A stretch of 50,302 nt of DNA from an uncultured Candidatus Saccharibacteria bacterium (GTDB taxonomy: Bacteria > Patescibacteriota > Saccharimonadia > Saccharimonadales > Saccharimonadaceae): NCBI GenBank assembly GCA_947304335.1, contig CAMZAW010000001.1, positions 1 to 50,302 of the forward strand, given 5' to 3'. Under the pieces are notes generated by a model. The model worked only from the letters and a program-made list of their open reading frames with translations. It searched no databases and had not been told where the DNA came from. A program made the translations under genes and the position numbers. Numbering within the stretch: position 1 is the first letter of the stretch; each line of letters opens with the position of its first letter. Positions 9,849-20,307 of the stretch are shown piece after piece.

Positions 9849-11225
9849 TTATTTACGCACTAACCATTCACGTACAAGATTGTTGTCGCTAATATAATAT
9901 AGCCATTTATCACTTGTAATTGTTACCGGGAAAGAACCCGAAACATTTTGTGCTATCGTCCTACGGTTTAAGCCATCGAAATCATAAACTATTAATTCAT
10001 TATTATTCACGATATAAATCATATTATCATCCAGCCAACCAAAGCTAGGAGATTCAATCTCCCACTCCCTAAGGGTTTCTGACTCCATATCTAAGGTCGC
10101 CATCTTTATATCGTTATTCATTAATAAATATTCACCAAAACCGCCAAGTTTTGCCACGCTTGGTTCAAAGCTAAGCTCATATGTATACACGGCCTTCTCG
10201 TAATCATCCTTCAGATAAACCGAGGCCTTATTACCACTCACGACCATCAAATATTCATTATCATAGAACTTACCGAAAAACGCCTTTGCATTAAGGTTAT
10301 CCAGCTTTAGCATAGTCTCAACATCTGACTTGTTTAATCTAATCCTGCCGACATACCCTTGACCCGCCTCATCTTCGGCGACAAAAATCACATTATCGCC
10401 ATATTGATAATATTGCGAAACCTTCTCAACCAGAATTGCCGAAATCGACTTATTATTAAGATTAATCTGCTGAAGACTCTGATTTCGTAGGGCAAGAAGG
10501 GAATCACCAGAGTCGTTTGCAAAAACTACCTGAGAAAAACCTACGCCAAATTCGCTCGACAAATCTACGCTGCGAAGAATATCCGTTAAATCAACTAACA
10601 GCCAACTAGTTTTGTCTGGCTCGAAACGCATCCCAATTAAAATGCGCTTTTCGTCGCGACTCCATTCAGCGGACAATATTTCGCCAGCATACCCACTAGG
10701 TAGTAACTTGGTTAAATCTAAACTTTTTAATTCACTCTGAGTATCATCAAGATTAATAAGCGCCCACTTACTCGTCGCATTCATAAGAAGCATCTGATCG
10801 CGCTTTGGCGAAATGCTAGCCTTCGTTACAACAAAATCTAAAGGAGTTTTTTCAACTTCTCGCTCCTCCAAAAATAGGCGCGGGTAGCGCAGTTGATATA
10901 GCAGCCCCTCTTTGATACTAATCTCTTTAGACCAACTATCATATCCATCTTTTTGAATCGTGACGACATGAGCACCAGTTGGAATCACCCGGCTAGTATT
11001 GGTACGCTGTGACAACACGTCTTCATCAATTTTAACGGTTGCGCCAGTAGGGGACGACGATACCTGTAGCATGCCAGAGCGCGCCACCTCGAAGTTTTCA
11101 TCAATCCAATAACCGGAAACTATCAAAACCAAAACTACCACCAAAGTTATGGCGGTTAGTACCATTAAAGTCTCAGCAAAGAGCACCTTCAGCGTCTGCT
11201 GTCTTCTTTCTTTTTCGAGGTCCAT
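9849..11225 (-). CDS. PEGA-domain membrane-anchored protein with probable beta-propeller
   Basis: N-terminal TM, then LQVSSSPTGATVKID…KDGYDSW (PEGA) and propeller-like WSxD repeats. Confidence 0.75.
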   Translation of the reverse strand: MDLEKERRQQTLKVLFAETLMVLTAITLVVVLVLIVSGYWIDENFEVARSGMLQVSSSPTGATVKIDEDVLSQRTNTSRVIPTGAHVVTIQKDGYDSWSKEISIKEGLLYQLRYPRLFLEEREVEKTPLDFVVTKASISPKRDQMLLMNATSKWALINLDDTQSELKSLDLTKLLPSGYAGEILSAEWSRDEKRILIGMRFEPDKTSWLLVDLTDILRSVDLSSEFGVGFSQVVFANDSGDSLLALRNQSLQQINLNNKSISAILVEKVSQYYQYGDNVIFVAEDEAGQGYVGRIRLNKSDVETMLKLDNLNAKAFFGKFYDNEYLMVVSGNKASVYLKDDYEKAVYTYELSFEPSVAKLGGFGEYLLMNNDIKMATLDMESETLREWEIESPSFGWLDDNMIYIVNNNELIVYDFDGLNRRTIAQNVSGSFPVTITSDKWLYYISDNNLVREWLVRK

Positions 11226-11315
11226 ATGCTCTTATTATATCACTAAAATTAGCGATTTTAGCCCTTGTGCTTTTCTACGCATAAGCGTATTATAAGAATA
11301 TAGAAGCGAGGAAAA

Positions 11316-12200
11316 ATGCAAAAGTCTGATTCAACCCAGTTAATTACAGTTCACCGTCGGGTGCAACCTTCTGTTACTCTTAACCGAAAATACGTCGAAC
11401 GTCCTCAACCAAAAAGCGCTACGCGTCGTATCGAAATCAACGATTCAAAAACCATCATCAGTCCAACCCCGGCTGCCAAAGCTGCCACGCCTATTGTTAA
11501 AAAGAATCCAGTAGTGATTAAACCAGTAACCGAGGCAACCGTGACCGCTAAGCCAGTCGTAAAGCCGGCCGTCAAGACAGTCACCAAACCAACTGCAGCC
11601 TCTAAACCTGCTACCAAAGCTGCAGCCCCAACCGCCGACAAACTTTCTCCAGTTCAACTCAAAGAACTCGCCGTCAAAAAAGCTTTGCGCGCCGCCACTA
11701 AAGAGCCTGAGCCAGCCAAACATCCACATAAATTACATTTTGGTTTAGGGCGCATTGTTCTGGCCTTCACTTGTACGGCCGCCGCAATTTTTGCTCTAGT
11801 TTATTTCATTAATCTAAACGTCTTCGATTTATCTATCGCTAATGCCGCCAAAGAAGCTGGTCTCGAAATTACCAGCTCACCAAAAGTGCCAACTGGCTTT
11901 AATCTTACCGACATCGTCACCGAGGATGGCAAAATTACCCTGAATTATTCTAATCCCTCAATTAAAGCTAGCTTTTCTATCGTAGAAGAGCGCTCATCCT
12001 GGGATTCTAACGCCCTCCTGATGAATTACGTCAAGCCAACCTACGGCGACGACTATTCAATCGTACGCGAACAAGGCCTCACGATTTATATCAGCAACAG
12101 CGACGCTGCCTGGGTCAGCGGTCGTGTCGTTCACAAAATCACCACAACGTCTGGCACACTCACTAAAAAACAAATCCGCGCCATCGCGATTTCGCTCTAA
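11316..12200 (+). CDS. Membrane-anchored protein, DUF4367-like C-terminal domain
   Basis: Pro/Ala/Lys-rich linker, one TM, and a PKVPTGF…AAWV…LTKKQIRAIA domain. Confidence 0.6.
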   Translation: MQKSDSTQLITVHRRVQPSVTLNRKYVERPQPKSATRRIEINDSKTIISPTPAAKAATPIVKKNPVVIKPVTEATVTAKPVVKPAVKTVTKPTAASKPATKAAAPTADKLSPVQLKELAVKKALRAATKEPEPAKHPHKLHFGLGRIVLAFTCTAAAIFALVYFINLNVFDLSIANAAKEAGLEITSSPKVPTGFNLTDIVTEDGKITLNYSNPSIKASFSIVEERSSWDSNALLMNYVKPTYGDDYSIVREQGLTIYISNSDAAWVSGRVVHKITTTSGTLTKKQIRAIAISL

Positions 12201-12246
12201 TCTGCTTGCGGTTGCCGCCCCTCCCTAAAAGTGGTATAATTTTGGC

Positions 12247-13704
12247 ATGAAAGCAGTTACTCGTTTTGCGCCTAGCCCTACCGGTTATATCCATATCGGC
12301 AACGTTCGTAGCGCAATTTATCCATATCTTTTAGCTCGCCAAACCGGCGGTAAAATGATTTTGCGCATCGAAGACACCGATCAAGCGCGCTTTGTTGAAG
12401 GCGCCACCGAGCTCGTTGAAGATACTTTGACTTGGCTTGGTCTCAACTGGGACGAAGGTCCAGTTGTAGGTGGCCCAAACGCTCCATATTTTCAGACTGA
12501 ACGCCGCGACATTTACCATGAATGGGCTCGTAAACTGATTGCTGCCGGCCGCGCCTATGCCGATCCAACCACTCCAGAACAAATCGAAAAATACCGCGCC
12601 GAGTGTACCGCAAACAAAGTTCCGTTTCTTTATCGCAATTTCCGCCCAGAAAACACTCCAGAATGGGAGCCAGGCATGCCACTTCGTTTCAAAACCGAAC
12701 CAAAAGAATACAGCTGGCACGACGAAGTCATGGGCGATATGCACACTGGCCCAGAAGTACTCGATGATATTATTTTGATCAAAAAAGATGGTCTTCCAAC
12801 CTACAACTTCGCCCACATCGTAGATGATGCCGAAATGGGCGTCACCCACATCATGCGCGGTGTCGAATATCTTTCTTCTATGCCAAATTACCTTGCCATT
12901 TATGAAGCACTTGGTATCGACCATCCAAAATTCGTTTCCTTGCCGCATATTTTGGCTCCTACGGGCAACAAAAAGCTCGGCAAGCGCGATGGTGCTAAAT
13001 CCGTTACTGAATACCGTGACGACGGCGTTCTTGCCGAAGCCATGCTTAACTACCTCGCCTGCCTCGGCTGGAACGACGGCACCGAACAAGAAATTTATAC
13101 AATGGATGAGCTAATTGAAAAGTTTTCACTAGACCGCATTCAAAACTCCGGCGCCCGCTATGACGAAACCAAACTTCTCTGGATGAATGGCCAATGGATT
13201 CGCCGCATCGCCACCGAAAACGGCGAAGTGGTCACTGAAAAGGGAATCAATGAGCTTTACGCCCGCACCGCCGGCTTCTGGCCAGAAAGCGCTACTAGCG
13301 CTTCAGACGACTATAAAAAACAGGTTCTCAGCATCATCTACGACCGCCTCAAAACCCTTTCAGACCTTCGCGAAATGACTGGCTATTTCTTTGAAGATCC
13401 AACTGTCGATATCGCAATGATTACAGGTAACAAATTCCTCAAAAATACTTCCATGGGCGAGCTCCGCAGCCTTCTTTCGCAAACTATCGATAAACTCTCC
13501 GCCGCAGAATGGAATGAGGATGCCCTTCGGGACGCGCTTAATGATTTACTAACTGCAACCGGCAAAAAACCAGCCGAACTCTATAGTTTAATTCGTCTTA
13601 GCCTTAGCTTTGCGCCATTCAGCCCAGCCTTAAACCTCACACTGGGTACCATCGGCAAGGAAACCTCTCTCCGCCGTTTGGAAAATACTCTAAAAGAAAT
13701 CTAA
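12247..13704 (+). CDS. gltX: Glutamate--tRNA ligase
   Basis: TRFAPSPTGYIHIGN (HIGH), LRIEDTD and KKLGKRDG (KMSKS-like). Confidence 0.97.
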   Translation: MKAVTRFAPSPTGYIHIGNVRSAIYPYLLARQTGGKMILRIEDTDQARFVEGATELVEDTLTWLGLNWDEGPVVGGPNAPYFQTERRDIYHEWARKLIAAGRAYADPTTPEQIEKYRAECTANKVPFLYRNFRPENTPEWEPGMPLRFKTEPKEYSWHDEVMGDMHTGPEVLDDIILIKKDGLPTYNFAHIVDDAEMGVTHIMRGVEYLSSMPNYLAIYEALGIDHPKFVSLPHILAPTGNKKLGKRDGAKSVTEYRDDGVLAEAMLNYLACLGWNDGTEQEIYTMDELIEKFSLDRIQNSGARYDETKLLWMNGQWIRRIATENGEVVTEKGINELYARTAGFWPESATSASDDYKKQVLSIIYDRLKTLSDLREMTGYFFEDPTVDIAMITGNKFLKNTSMGELRSLLSQTIDKLSAAEWNEDALRDALNDLLTATGKKPAELYSLIRLSLSFAPFSPALNLTLGTIGKETSLRRLENTLKEI

Positions 13705-13715
13705 ACTATTTATTT

Positions 13716-16700
13716 TTAATTGCCATACCGCGCCATACAGCGAATTGAGAATGCTTTATAGCTGGTACCCCACCAGTGATAGTTCTGATTGTATGTCGGA
13801 CTAATAGACATCGCAAAATTCGATACGCCGTTAGTCGACTGAGAGACCCAATAGTGTGCATAGAGTGAGTTTTCGGTATAACTCAGTGAGCCGCGAGTAG
13901 TCCCCAATTTTACACCCCATTGAACCTCACCATCATCCTCGATTTCAAAATAGTATTGATAATAATCATGTTCTATCGTAGGAGTACCAATCATATATAG
14001 TGGAGCCTCCCTCATGATATATTCACTACCATCACCAACGTATGGGGCGTAGTTCTGTCCAAAATTATAATAAAACCTGTAGTCATCCGCATAGCTTGGA
14101 AGTCTCCACCCCTTTGGACATACGGAATCCGTAACCATAGTACCTTCAAATTTGTTGATATTATTATAAATAATACCAGCTCCAGCCGAAGCAGCCGCCC
14201 AGTTATAAATCACACCAGCCTTTCCATGAGCGCATTCTTCTTCCGTAAATTCGGTAGAAGCGGCACAATCTGCGTCATCGATATAGTGCGCCGGAAGCCC
14301 TGCAGCACCCAAGAAATAATCGTTTAAATACGGGCTCAGCATACCAACCATTGGATCACTAGAAGCACGATAAGATTTACCGCTAATCCAACCATTATTA
14401 CCCTGGCCAAATTCAACATTGCTAATATTATCAAGTTCGACACCCCTATATGCCCATGGAATACGCAAAGAATCTCTCGTGCTCTCATCAACGACCCAAT
14501 AAGACCTTCCGGTCTTATAAGCACCATGCTCATCGCCATAACCAATATCAGTCAAAGAGCTGGTCAAAACGTCACCTTTCTTCAACTCGAAGTCGAGGTT
14601 TTGTGTCATAATAACTTGCTTGTCTAGTAACTTCGTGATCCAATACTTTTTACCATCACGTTTATCCGTTAGCTGGTATTGCGTTTCGTATGCCATAGAA
14701 GCAATCACTTCGTCGTTGATATCTTGCATATATTCAATATCATCAATCGTGGTAGGCGTTTCTGGCGTAACCTTAGCGACCACACGGAATACTATAGAGT
14801 TAGAATAAACGCCGGTTGGCTGGAGTGCACTCATCTTAGTAGCAAAATAGATATCCTGACTCTCGGTTGCCGGTCTATCGCTAGTAAGAACCATAATCGG
14901 AGAAACAGAATCCATAGCCACCATCGGATTATAAGTGCTTTCAGCATCACCTTCATCAGTATCATCAATCGAATAACCCCATTTATCTTCTGGGAAATTC
15001 GCCCTAGTAACACTTTGATCAAGCGTGTGAATCAGATTATCTTTATAGTTATGTTTGAGATCTGTTGCATTTACATCTGTAGAATTTTTATCGGTCGTAA
15101 GCGTAGCGTCAAAGCCTCTGTTGCTGTTCGTAGAAACCCCGAGCGTGGTTGAGTCGCGCAAGAAAGTACCATTCGTACCACTATCCGTAATCAAACGATT
15201 ACTGAGCGAAACTGCAAGTTTCAAATCAACTTCAACACCAAAGTCAAAACCACCATTTCCGCTAAGTTGCCTCGTCAAATCTTCTTCTTCATCGCGCGTA
15301 ATATTGGCACAGGCTACAACGGATTGTTCTGGATCGCCAAAACGCAGGGTTTCACAAATCAGTTCTACATGATTGACATCATTCACGGTCGTTTCCTTAA
15401 CTACAGTAGCAGTGTCAGGATTATTGTTGTCGTATTCAAAAGTGCCAGCGTTTTGCTCGCCTGTATAGGCCGTGTTTGTTGTCGTGAACTCGATCCTTGC
15501 GCTCGTATTGCCTTGACCCTTCATACTATCGATAAAGTGCACTGTCGCAGTATCAGTAGAACCAAGATGAACCTCTTTGGTTAGCGGAGGATCGGAGGTA
15601 TCGTTCCATGGAGTAGTGTCGAGCGCTACAGTATCCTTTACGTTGCCATCTTTATCATAAATAGTCGCCTCAACGCCAATACGGCCATAAACATCTGGTG
15701 GCGCCGGGACCACAGTCACAACTGCGCAGGCCGTCATGGTACGGTCTGCTTCAGTTTCAGGGTCTTTAAAGGAAAGAATCTCACAATACTTACCAGAAGT
15801 TGTGACGTTCATAGAGTGAGAGCCCACAATTTCTTCATCGGTCACGCCTTCGAAGGCCTGGTAATAACCAGTCTCCGCCTGAGCACCAACAAAATCACCG
15901 TTTATAGTATACCCAACCATGACCCTCCTGGCGCCATCACTTTTCATACTATCGCTAAAAGTAACGTTCGCCGTTTCTCCCTCGTTAATAGTCACGTATG
16001 CATCGGCCTCACTAGGGCTATTCCATCCAGTTGCTTTGGTTGTTCCACCAGCAGTCACCGTTACTCTACCAGAAACACCAACAGTCTTATCGCCCTCATC
16101 TCTGGCGCAGAACCAGTTGATGTCATTAAATGTTGCGTTTTGGTCACCAGAATTACTACTTATCAATGTGCCATCCTGAGCATATTTATTAAATAATACC
16201 TCAATCTCGTCTCTCATTGTTTCGGCATTGGCATATCTAGTACCACTCAAACGCACATATCCATCGCCAACCTGCAACTGAATGCTTGGGTTTGGCGAAG
16301 GAACACTTTCGGAATAATATAATGGCGTATAACCACCACGAGCTGACAACATGCCAGCTTTTGGACGTCCTACCTGATAGCCGTAACTTCTACCAGTACT
16401 TGGCTGATAGGCCTCATAGCCAAGGAACCAGAAACCATCATAATCTGCACATTGGCTACTAACCGTAGCATAGCCAGCGTTATTAGAACCAGGGAAATTA
16501 ATATTGCCAGTGTATCCAGTTGGCCAATTATAGTATTGCCAAGATAGACCATAACAGGTGTCCCAGTAAACACCAGTATTGTTGGAAGCACCACAAAGGC
16601 CGCCTAGCGGGTCGCGACCAGTACCATAACAGTAACCTTCGCTGTTACACGCAGCCGAAGCATCATTCAAAAACCAAAAACCAAGAGAAAAAACAGCCAC

Positions 16701-16757
16701 AACAACAAGACTAAAGCACCACACTCTCTTGCTTTTCATTGACCTTAAGCTTACCAT
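13716..16757 (-). CDS. Large secreted modular surface protein with C-terminal Fib_succ_major (FISUMP)-like domain
   Basis: Signal peptide, Cys-containing N-domain and two repeated beta modules. C-terminus has LTDKRDGKKY, MTQNL, YNWAAA, CPKGWRLPS, YW and SIRC. Confidence 0.8.
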   Translation of the reverse strand: MVSLRSMKSKRVWCFSLVVVAVFSLGFWFLNDASAACNSEGYCYGTGRDPLGGLCGASNNTGVYWDTCYGLSWQYYNWPTGYTGNINFPGSNNAGYATVSSQCADYDGFWFLGYEAYQPSTGRSYGYQVGRPKAGMLSARGGYTPLYYSESVPSPNPSIQLQVGDGYVRLSGTRYANAETMRDEIEVLFNKYAQDGTLISSNSGDQNATFNDINWFCARDEGDKTVGVSGRVTVTAGGTTKATGWNSPSEADAYVTINEGETANVTFSDSMKSDGARRVMVGYTINGDFVGAQAETGYYQAFEGVTDEEIVGSHSMNVTTSGKYCEILSFKDPETEADRTMTACAVVTVVPAPPDVYGRIGVEATIYDKDGNVKDTVALDTTPWNDTSDPPLTKEVHLGSTDTATVHFIDSMKGQGNTSARIEFTTTNTAYTGEQNAGTFEYDNNNPDTATVVKETTVNDVNHVELICETLRFGDPEQSVVACANITRDEEEDLTRQLSGNGGFDFGVEVDLKLAVSLSNRLITDSGTNGTFLRDSTTLGVSTNSNRGFDATLTTDKNSTDVNATDLKHNYKDNLIHTLDQSVTRANFPEDKWGYSIDDTDEGDAESTYNPMVAMDSVSPIMVLTSDRPATESQDIYFATKMSALQPTGVYSNSIVFRVVAKVTPETPTTIDDIEYMQDINDEVIASMAYETQYQLTDKRDGKKYWITKLLDKQVIMTQNLDFELKKGDVLTSSLTDIGYGDEHGAYKTGRSYWVVDESTRDSLRIPWAYRGVELDNISNVEFGQGNNGWISGKSYRASSDPMVGMLSPYLNDYFLGAAGLPAHYIDDADCAASTEFTEEECAHGKAGVIYNWAAASAGAGIIYNNINKFEGTMVTDSVCPKGWRLPSYADDYRFYYNFGQNYAPYVGDGSEYIMREAPLYMIGTPTIEHDYYQYYFEIEDDGEVQWGVKLGTTRGSLSYTENSLYAHYWVSQSTNGVSNFAMSISPTYNQNYHWWGTSYKAFSIRCMARYGN

Positions 16758-16809
16758 AACCAAATTATAACACAACAATAATAAGTTTATGGTAAAATTA
16801 TTTTAAATT

Positions 16810-18063
16810 ATGGAAACAGTTACGGAATCTCAAAATTCAATAGAAAAAACAGCCGAAAATCCGGCTGTAATAGAGCTAGAGCAAAAGCCTAGCGTCGACA
16901 AAAAATCATCCAAAGCATGGATAATTTTTCTAGCTTTAGGTTTTATCATGCTTGCTGGCGGCGCCACATTGCTTGCCATGACGCTTTTAAAACCAGTCGA
17001 GGAAAAAGCTGCTCTCATTTTCCCAACTATCCCATCAAAAAGTTCCGTAGCAATAGTTTATAGTACAATCACTGGCCAAGAAATCATTAATGAAGAGGCG
17101 AATCATACGCCAGTTTATTGTATCCAAACTCCAAATGGCACTGACGGTGCTCGCCCACAAGCCGGTCTGCTCGACGCGGGTGTGATTTTTGAAGCGATCG
17201 CCGAAGCCGGCATCACACGCTTCGCGGCCATTTATCAAAATCCAGGCTCAGCTGTGATCGGCCCGATCCGTTCCTTAAGGCTTTATTACCTTGAATGGGA
17301 CACGCCGTTTGATTGCACAATCGTTCATGCTGGCGGCGCTTACGATGCACTAACAGCTGTCAAAAACGGCGGTTATAAAGATCTGACCGAAAATTATACA
17401 TATATGTATCGCGGTACCGTTTCTTCAAGGCGTTGGAATAATCTTTTCACAACCGGAACGTATCTAGGCAACTTTACTAATGATAAAAGCTATTACACGT
17501 CAAATCCTCAGGGCTTCACCCATAGCACGCCAGAAGAAGCCGAAAAAACCCGCATCGATACGTTAGCTACCGAAAAGCTATCCATTGTTACGCCAGCCAC
17601 CGGTTCAACATCTGCTTTAATTCCAAAAACGTCACATATTTCTATGCACTTTGGAAGCACCCCAAACTATAACCCAGTTTATGATTACGATGCAGCTTCA
17701 AATACGTACAAACGTTCATATGAGTCCGGCTATTCGCACGAGGTTTACGATTGCCCGGCGGGGAACCTTGGCGAAAAAGATCCAGAAAGTGTCTGCGAAC
17801 TTAAGCAACTTTCACCTTCAGTAGTAATCGCTATTATGGTAAGTGAGCGCAAAGCCTCCGATAATTATCACGAGGATATCACCACTACCGGCTCCGGCAC
17901 TGCCTATGTATTCCAAAACGGCACAGCCATCAAAGGCACGTGGACCAAAAATACCCGCGCCGACCAAATCAAATTCTACGACGAAAACAGCCACGAGATT
18001 TCATTAAACCCTGGCCAAGTCATTGTTTCGGCTGTCCCAAATTACGGTTGGGTTGAATACTAA
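16810..18063 (+). CDS. DUF3048 (YerB-like) membrane-anchored protein
   Basis: ARPQAGL, EAGITRF, IGPIRSLR and HAGG motifs, with an N-terminal TM. Confidence 0.85.
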   Translation: METVTESQNSIEKTAENPAVIELEQKPSVDKKSSKAWIIFLALGFIMLAGGATLLAMTLLKPVEEKAALIFPTIPSKSSVAIVYSTITGQEIINEEANHTPVYCIQTPNGTDGARPQAGLLDAGVIFEAIAEAGITRFAAIYQNPGSAVIGPIRSLRLYYLEWDTPFDCTIVHAGGAYDALTAVKNGGYKDLTENYTYMYRGTVSSRRWNNLFTTGTYLGNFTNDKSYYTSNPQGFTHSTPEEAEKTRIDTLATEKLSIVTPATGSTSALIPKTSHISMHFGSTPNYNPVYDYDAASNTYKRSYESGYSHEVYDCPAGNLGEKDPESVCELKQLSPSVVIAIMVSERKASDNYHEDITTTGSGTAYVFQNGTAIKGTWTKNTRADQIKFYDENSHEISLNPGQVIVSAVPNYGWVEY

Positions 18064-18088
18064 ATAAAGATATGGTAAAATAAGTTAG

Positions 18089-18178
18089 CGGTTCCGTATA
18101 GAAATTTATTGCATAAATTTCATACGTAACCTCGTTCGCTTAAAAATCTAAAACAAGTTTTAGATTTTTAGCTCACTC
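18089..18178 (+). repeat. Double-hairpin element in tRNA-Glu leader bounded by a CGGTTCCGT duplication
   Basis: CGGTTCCGT at 18089-18097 and 18178-18186. Hairpins at 18090-18131 and 18138-18172. Confidence 0.7.
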
Positions 18179-18255
18179 GGTTCCGTCGTCTAGTGGTCTA
18201 GGACGTCTGGTTCTCATCCAGAAAATCGCGGGTTCGACTCCCGCCGGAATCACCA
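18179..18255 (+). tRNA. tRNA-Glu (CTC)
   Basis: Acceptor GGTTCCG/CGGAATC, anticodon arm TCTGG-TTCTCAT-CCAGA, T arm GCGGG-TTCGACT-CCCGC, CCA end. Confidence 0.96.
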
Positions 18256-18383
18256 AAGAATAAAAAATGACCTTTAGGTCTTTTTTTATTCTTTGGCTAT
18301 TGCGCAGAGGCGAACCCGCAGGGTTCGCTCGCCGAAGGCGACTAGCGAGCGAAGCGAGCGTCCTCCCGCAGTCCCTCCCGCCG
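18253..18383 (+). repeat. tRNA-Glu downstream element: terminator-like hairpin plus split T-arm copy
   Basis: Hairpin 18253-18296, then CGAACCCGC-A-GGGTTCG, a 35-nt insert, and CTCCCGC / CTCCCGCCG copies. Confidence 0.8.
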
Positions 18384-18426
18384 CTTACGGTTGCATTTCA
18401 ACCATAAATCTGTTATAATTACCTCT

Positions 18427-19794
18427 ATGAACAAACTCCCGATTGTAGCGTTGATTGGCCAAACCAATGCCGGCAAATCCAGCATTTTAAACCGTTTGGC
18501 CCATAAAAATATCGCCATTGTGGCCCGCGAAGAGGGCACCACGCGCGACAACGTCGTCACCAAAATCGACGACCGTTTCATTTTGATTGACACTGCTGGT
18601 CTTAAAGATCCTTCTGATGATTTTGAAGCCTCAATCCAAGACCAAATCAATGATGCTATTGAATCGGCAGATATTATTCTTGTCACCGTTGACTCCGCCA
18701 AATACCCAGATTACAGAGATAAAGACATCGCCAAAAACGCTCTAAAATCCAGAAAACCAGTACTACTTGTTTTGAACAAATGCGACCTAAAGGAAAGTTT
18801 GCCAAACGATGAATTCTTACGTTTTGGCATTAAAGAAAAGGATATTTTCCGCATTTCGGCCACAACTGGACAGGGAATTAACACCCTCAAATCCAGCATT
18901 GATGCATTGTTAAAAACCGTCCCAACCAAAACTGTAAAAGACGAAGCCCCAGTCATCAAACTAGCCTTAATCGGACGTCCAAATGTCGGCAAGTCTAGTC
19001 TTTTTAACTCGCTCGCAAAAAAGCAGCAGGCCGTAGTGAGTTCCAAACAGGGAACCACGCGCGATATTAACCGTGTCGAAATCCGCTACAAAGGCCAGAC
19101 GATTGAGGCTTTAGACACTGCTGGTCTCAGAAAACCGGGCAAACGTGAAGTCGGCATCGAGAAATTCTCTGCTATTCGCACCCTCGCCGCTATCGAGGAA
19201 GCTGATATTTGTGCACTTTTGATTGATTCTACCGAACCGCATAGCAAACTCGACCAATCGCTCGCTGGCCAAATCGTGGAAGCCGGTAAGGGAATTATTA
19301 TGGTCGTCACTAAATCTGACCTCCTCGAAAACGCCAATCCAACCAATTATTTCGGCGAGCAAAACATCAAAAACCGTACCGCCGCCGACTTCTTACTCGA
19401 CAGCCTTGAAAAAGACTTCGACTTCTTACCGTACGCGCCAGTCATTATTACGAGCTCCGAAACCGGCCAAAACGTCACTCAATTATTTGAACTTGCAACC
19501 GAAATCAAAAACAATCGTCACCTAGAAATTAAAACTTCCGATCTCAACAAAATTCTTACCGAGGCCATCGTTGAACACGCGCCAGCCGGCCTCAAAAACA
19601 CCCATCCAAAGCCAAAATATATCGTCCAAACCGATACATGCCCGCCTTGGTTTGTGGTGCATGGCCACGATCTTGAGCTTTTACACTGGTCCTGGAAACG
19701 CTTCTTGGAGCGCAAAATCCGCGAAAAATACCCATTCATGGGTACCCCAATTATGATTTCTTATCGCAGTGACAGCAATAAAGACAAGGATTAG
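18427..19794 (+). CDS. der: Ribosome biogenesis GTPase Der (EngA)
   Basis: Two GTPase domains (GQTNAGKS, GRPNVGKS; DTAG; NKCD/TKSD) plus a KH-like C-terminus. Confidence 0.96.
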   Translation: MNKLPIVALIGQTNAGKSSILNRLAHKNIAIVAREEGTTRDNVVTKIDDRFILIDTAGLKDPSDDFEASIQDQINDAIESADIILVTVDSAKYPDYRDKDIAKNALKSRKPVLLVLNKCDLKESLPNDEFLRFGIKEKDIFRISATTGQGINTLKSSIDALLKTVPTKTVKDEAPVIKLALIGRPNVGKSSLFNSLAKKQQAVVSSKQGTTRDINRVEIRYKGQTIEALDTAGLRKPGKREVGIEKFSAIRTLAAIEEADICALLIDSTEPHSKLDQSLAGQIVEAGKGIIMVVTKSDLLENANPTNYFGEQNIKNRTAADFLLDSLEKDFDFLPYAPVIITSSETGQNVTQLFELATEIKNNRHLEIKTSDLNKILTEAIVEHAPAGLKNTHPKPKYIVQTDTCPPWFVVHGHDLELLHWSWKRFLERKIREKYPFMGTPIMISYRSDSNKDKD

Positions 19795-19797
19795 CCT

Positions 19798-20307
19798 ATG
19801 AAACTAATTGTTGGCCTAGGAAATCCAGAGACAAAATACAATTTTACTCGTCATAATTTTGGCTTTTTGGCCCTAGATTTTTATGCCAAAGTTCATAATT
19901 TAACCTGGGAAACGCACCCAAAATTCAATGCTATCTACCTGAAACATGGCGACTATATCTTTATTAAGCCCCAAACTTACTACAATGATTCCGGTACCGC
20001 CGTTCGCGCTTTTGCCGATTTTTACAAGATTCCGCTCTCTGATATTTTGGTAATTTGCGACGATTTCAACCTGCCTTTTGGCGTAACGCGTTACCGCGAA
20101 AAAGGTTCCGCCGGTGGCAATAATGGCCTAAAATCAATCATTGCAAATCTCGGCAGCCAGGATTTCCCAAGGCTACGCCTGGGCACAGGGAACGACGAGC
20201 TTCGCGCCAAAATCGGCGATATGGACTTTGTACTCTCGAAATTTACAGAGGAAGAGCGCCAAAAACTCCCAGAAATCCTCCGTTCTATCGCATTGCCCAT
20301 CGATTAG
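19798..20307 (+). CDS. pth: Peptidyl-tRNA hydrolase
   Basis: LIVGLGNP, TRHNFG, KPQTYYN and GSAGGNNGLKS motifs. Confidence 0.96.
   Translation: MKLIVGLGNPETKYNFTRHNFGFLALDFYAKVHNLTWETHPKFNAIYLKHGDYIFIKPQTYYNDSGTAVRAFADFYKIPLSDILVICDDFNLPFGVTRYREKGSAGGNNGLKSIIANLGSQDFPRLRLGTGNDELRAKIGDMDFVLSKFTEEERQKLPEILRSIALPID

Noticed and set aside
13716..16757. Complete diversity-generating retroelement
   Set aside because: No reverse transcriptase, avd or template repeat was seen in the window.
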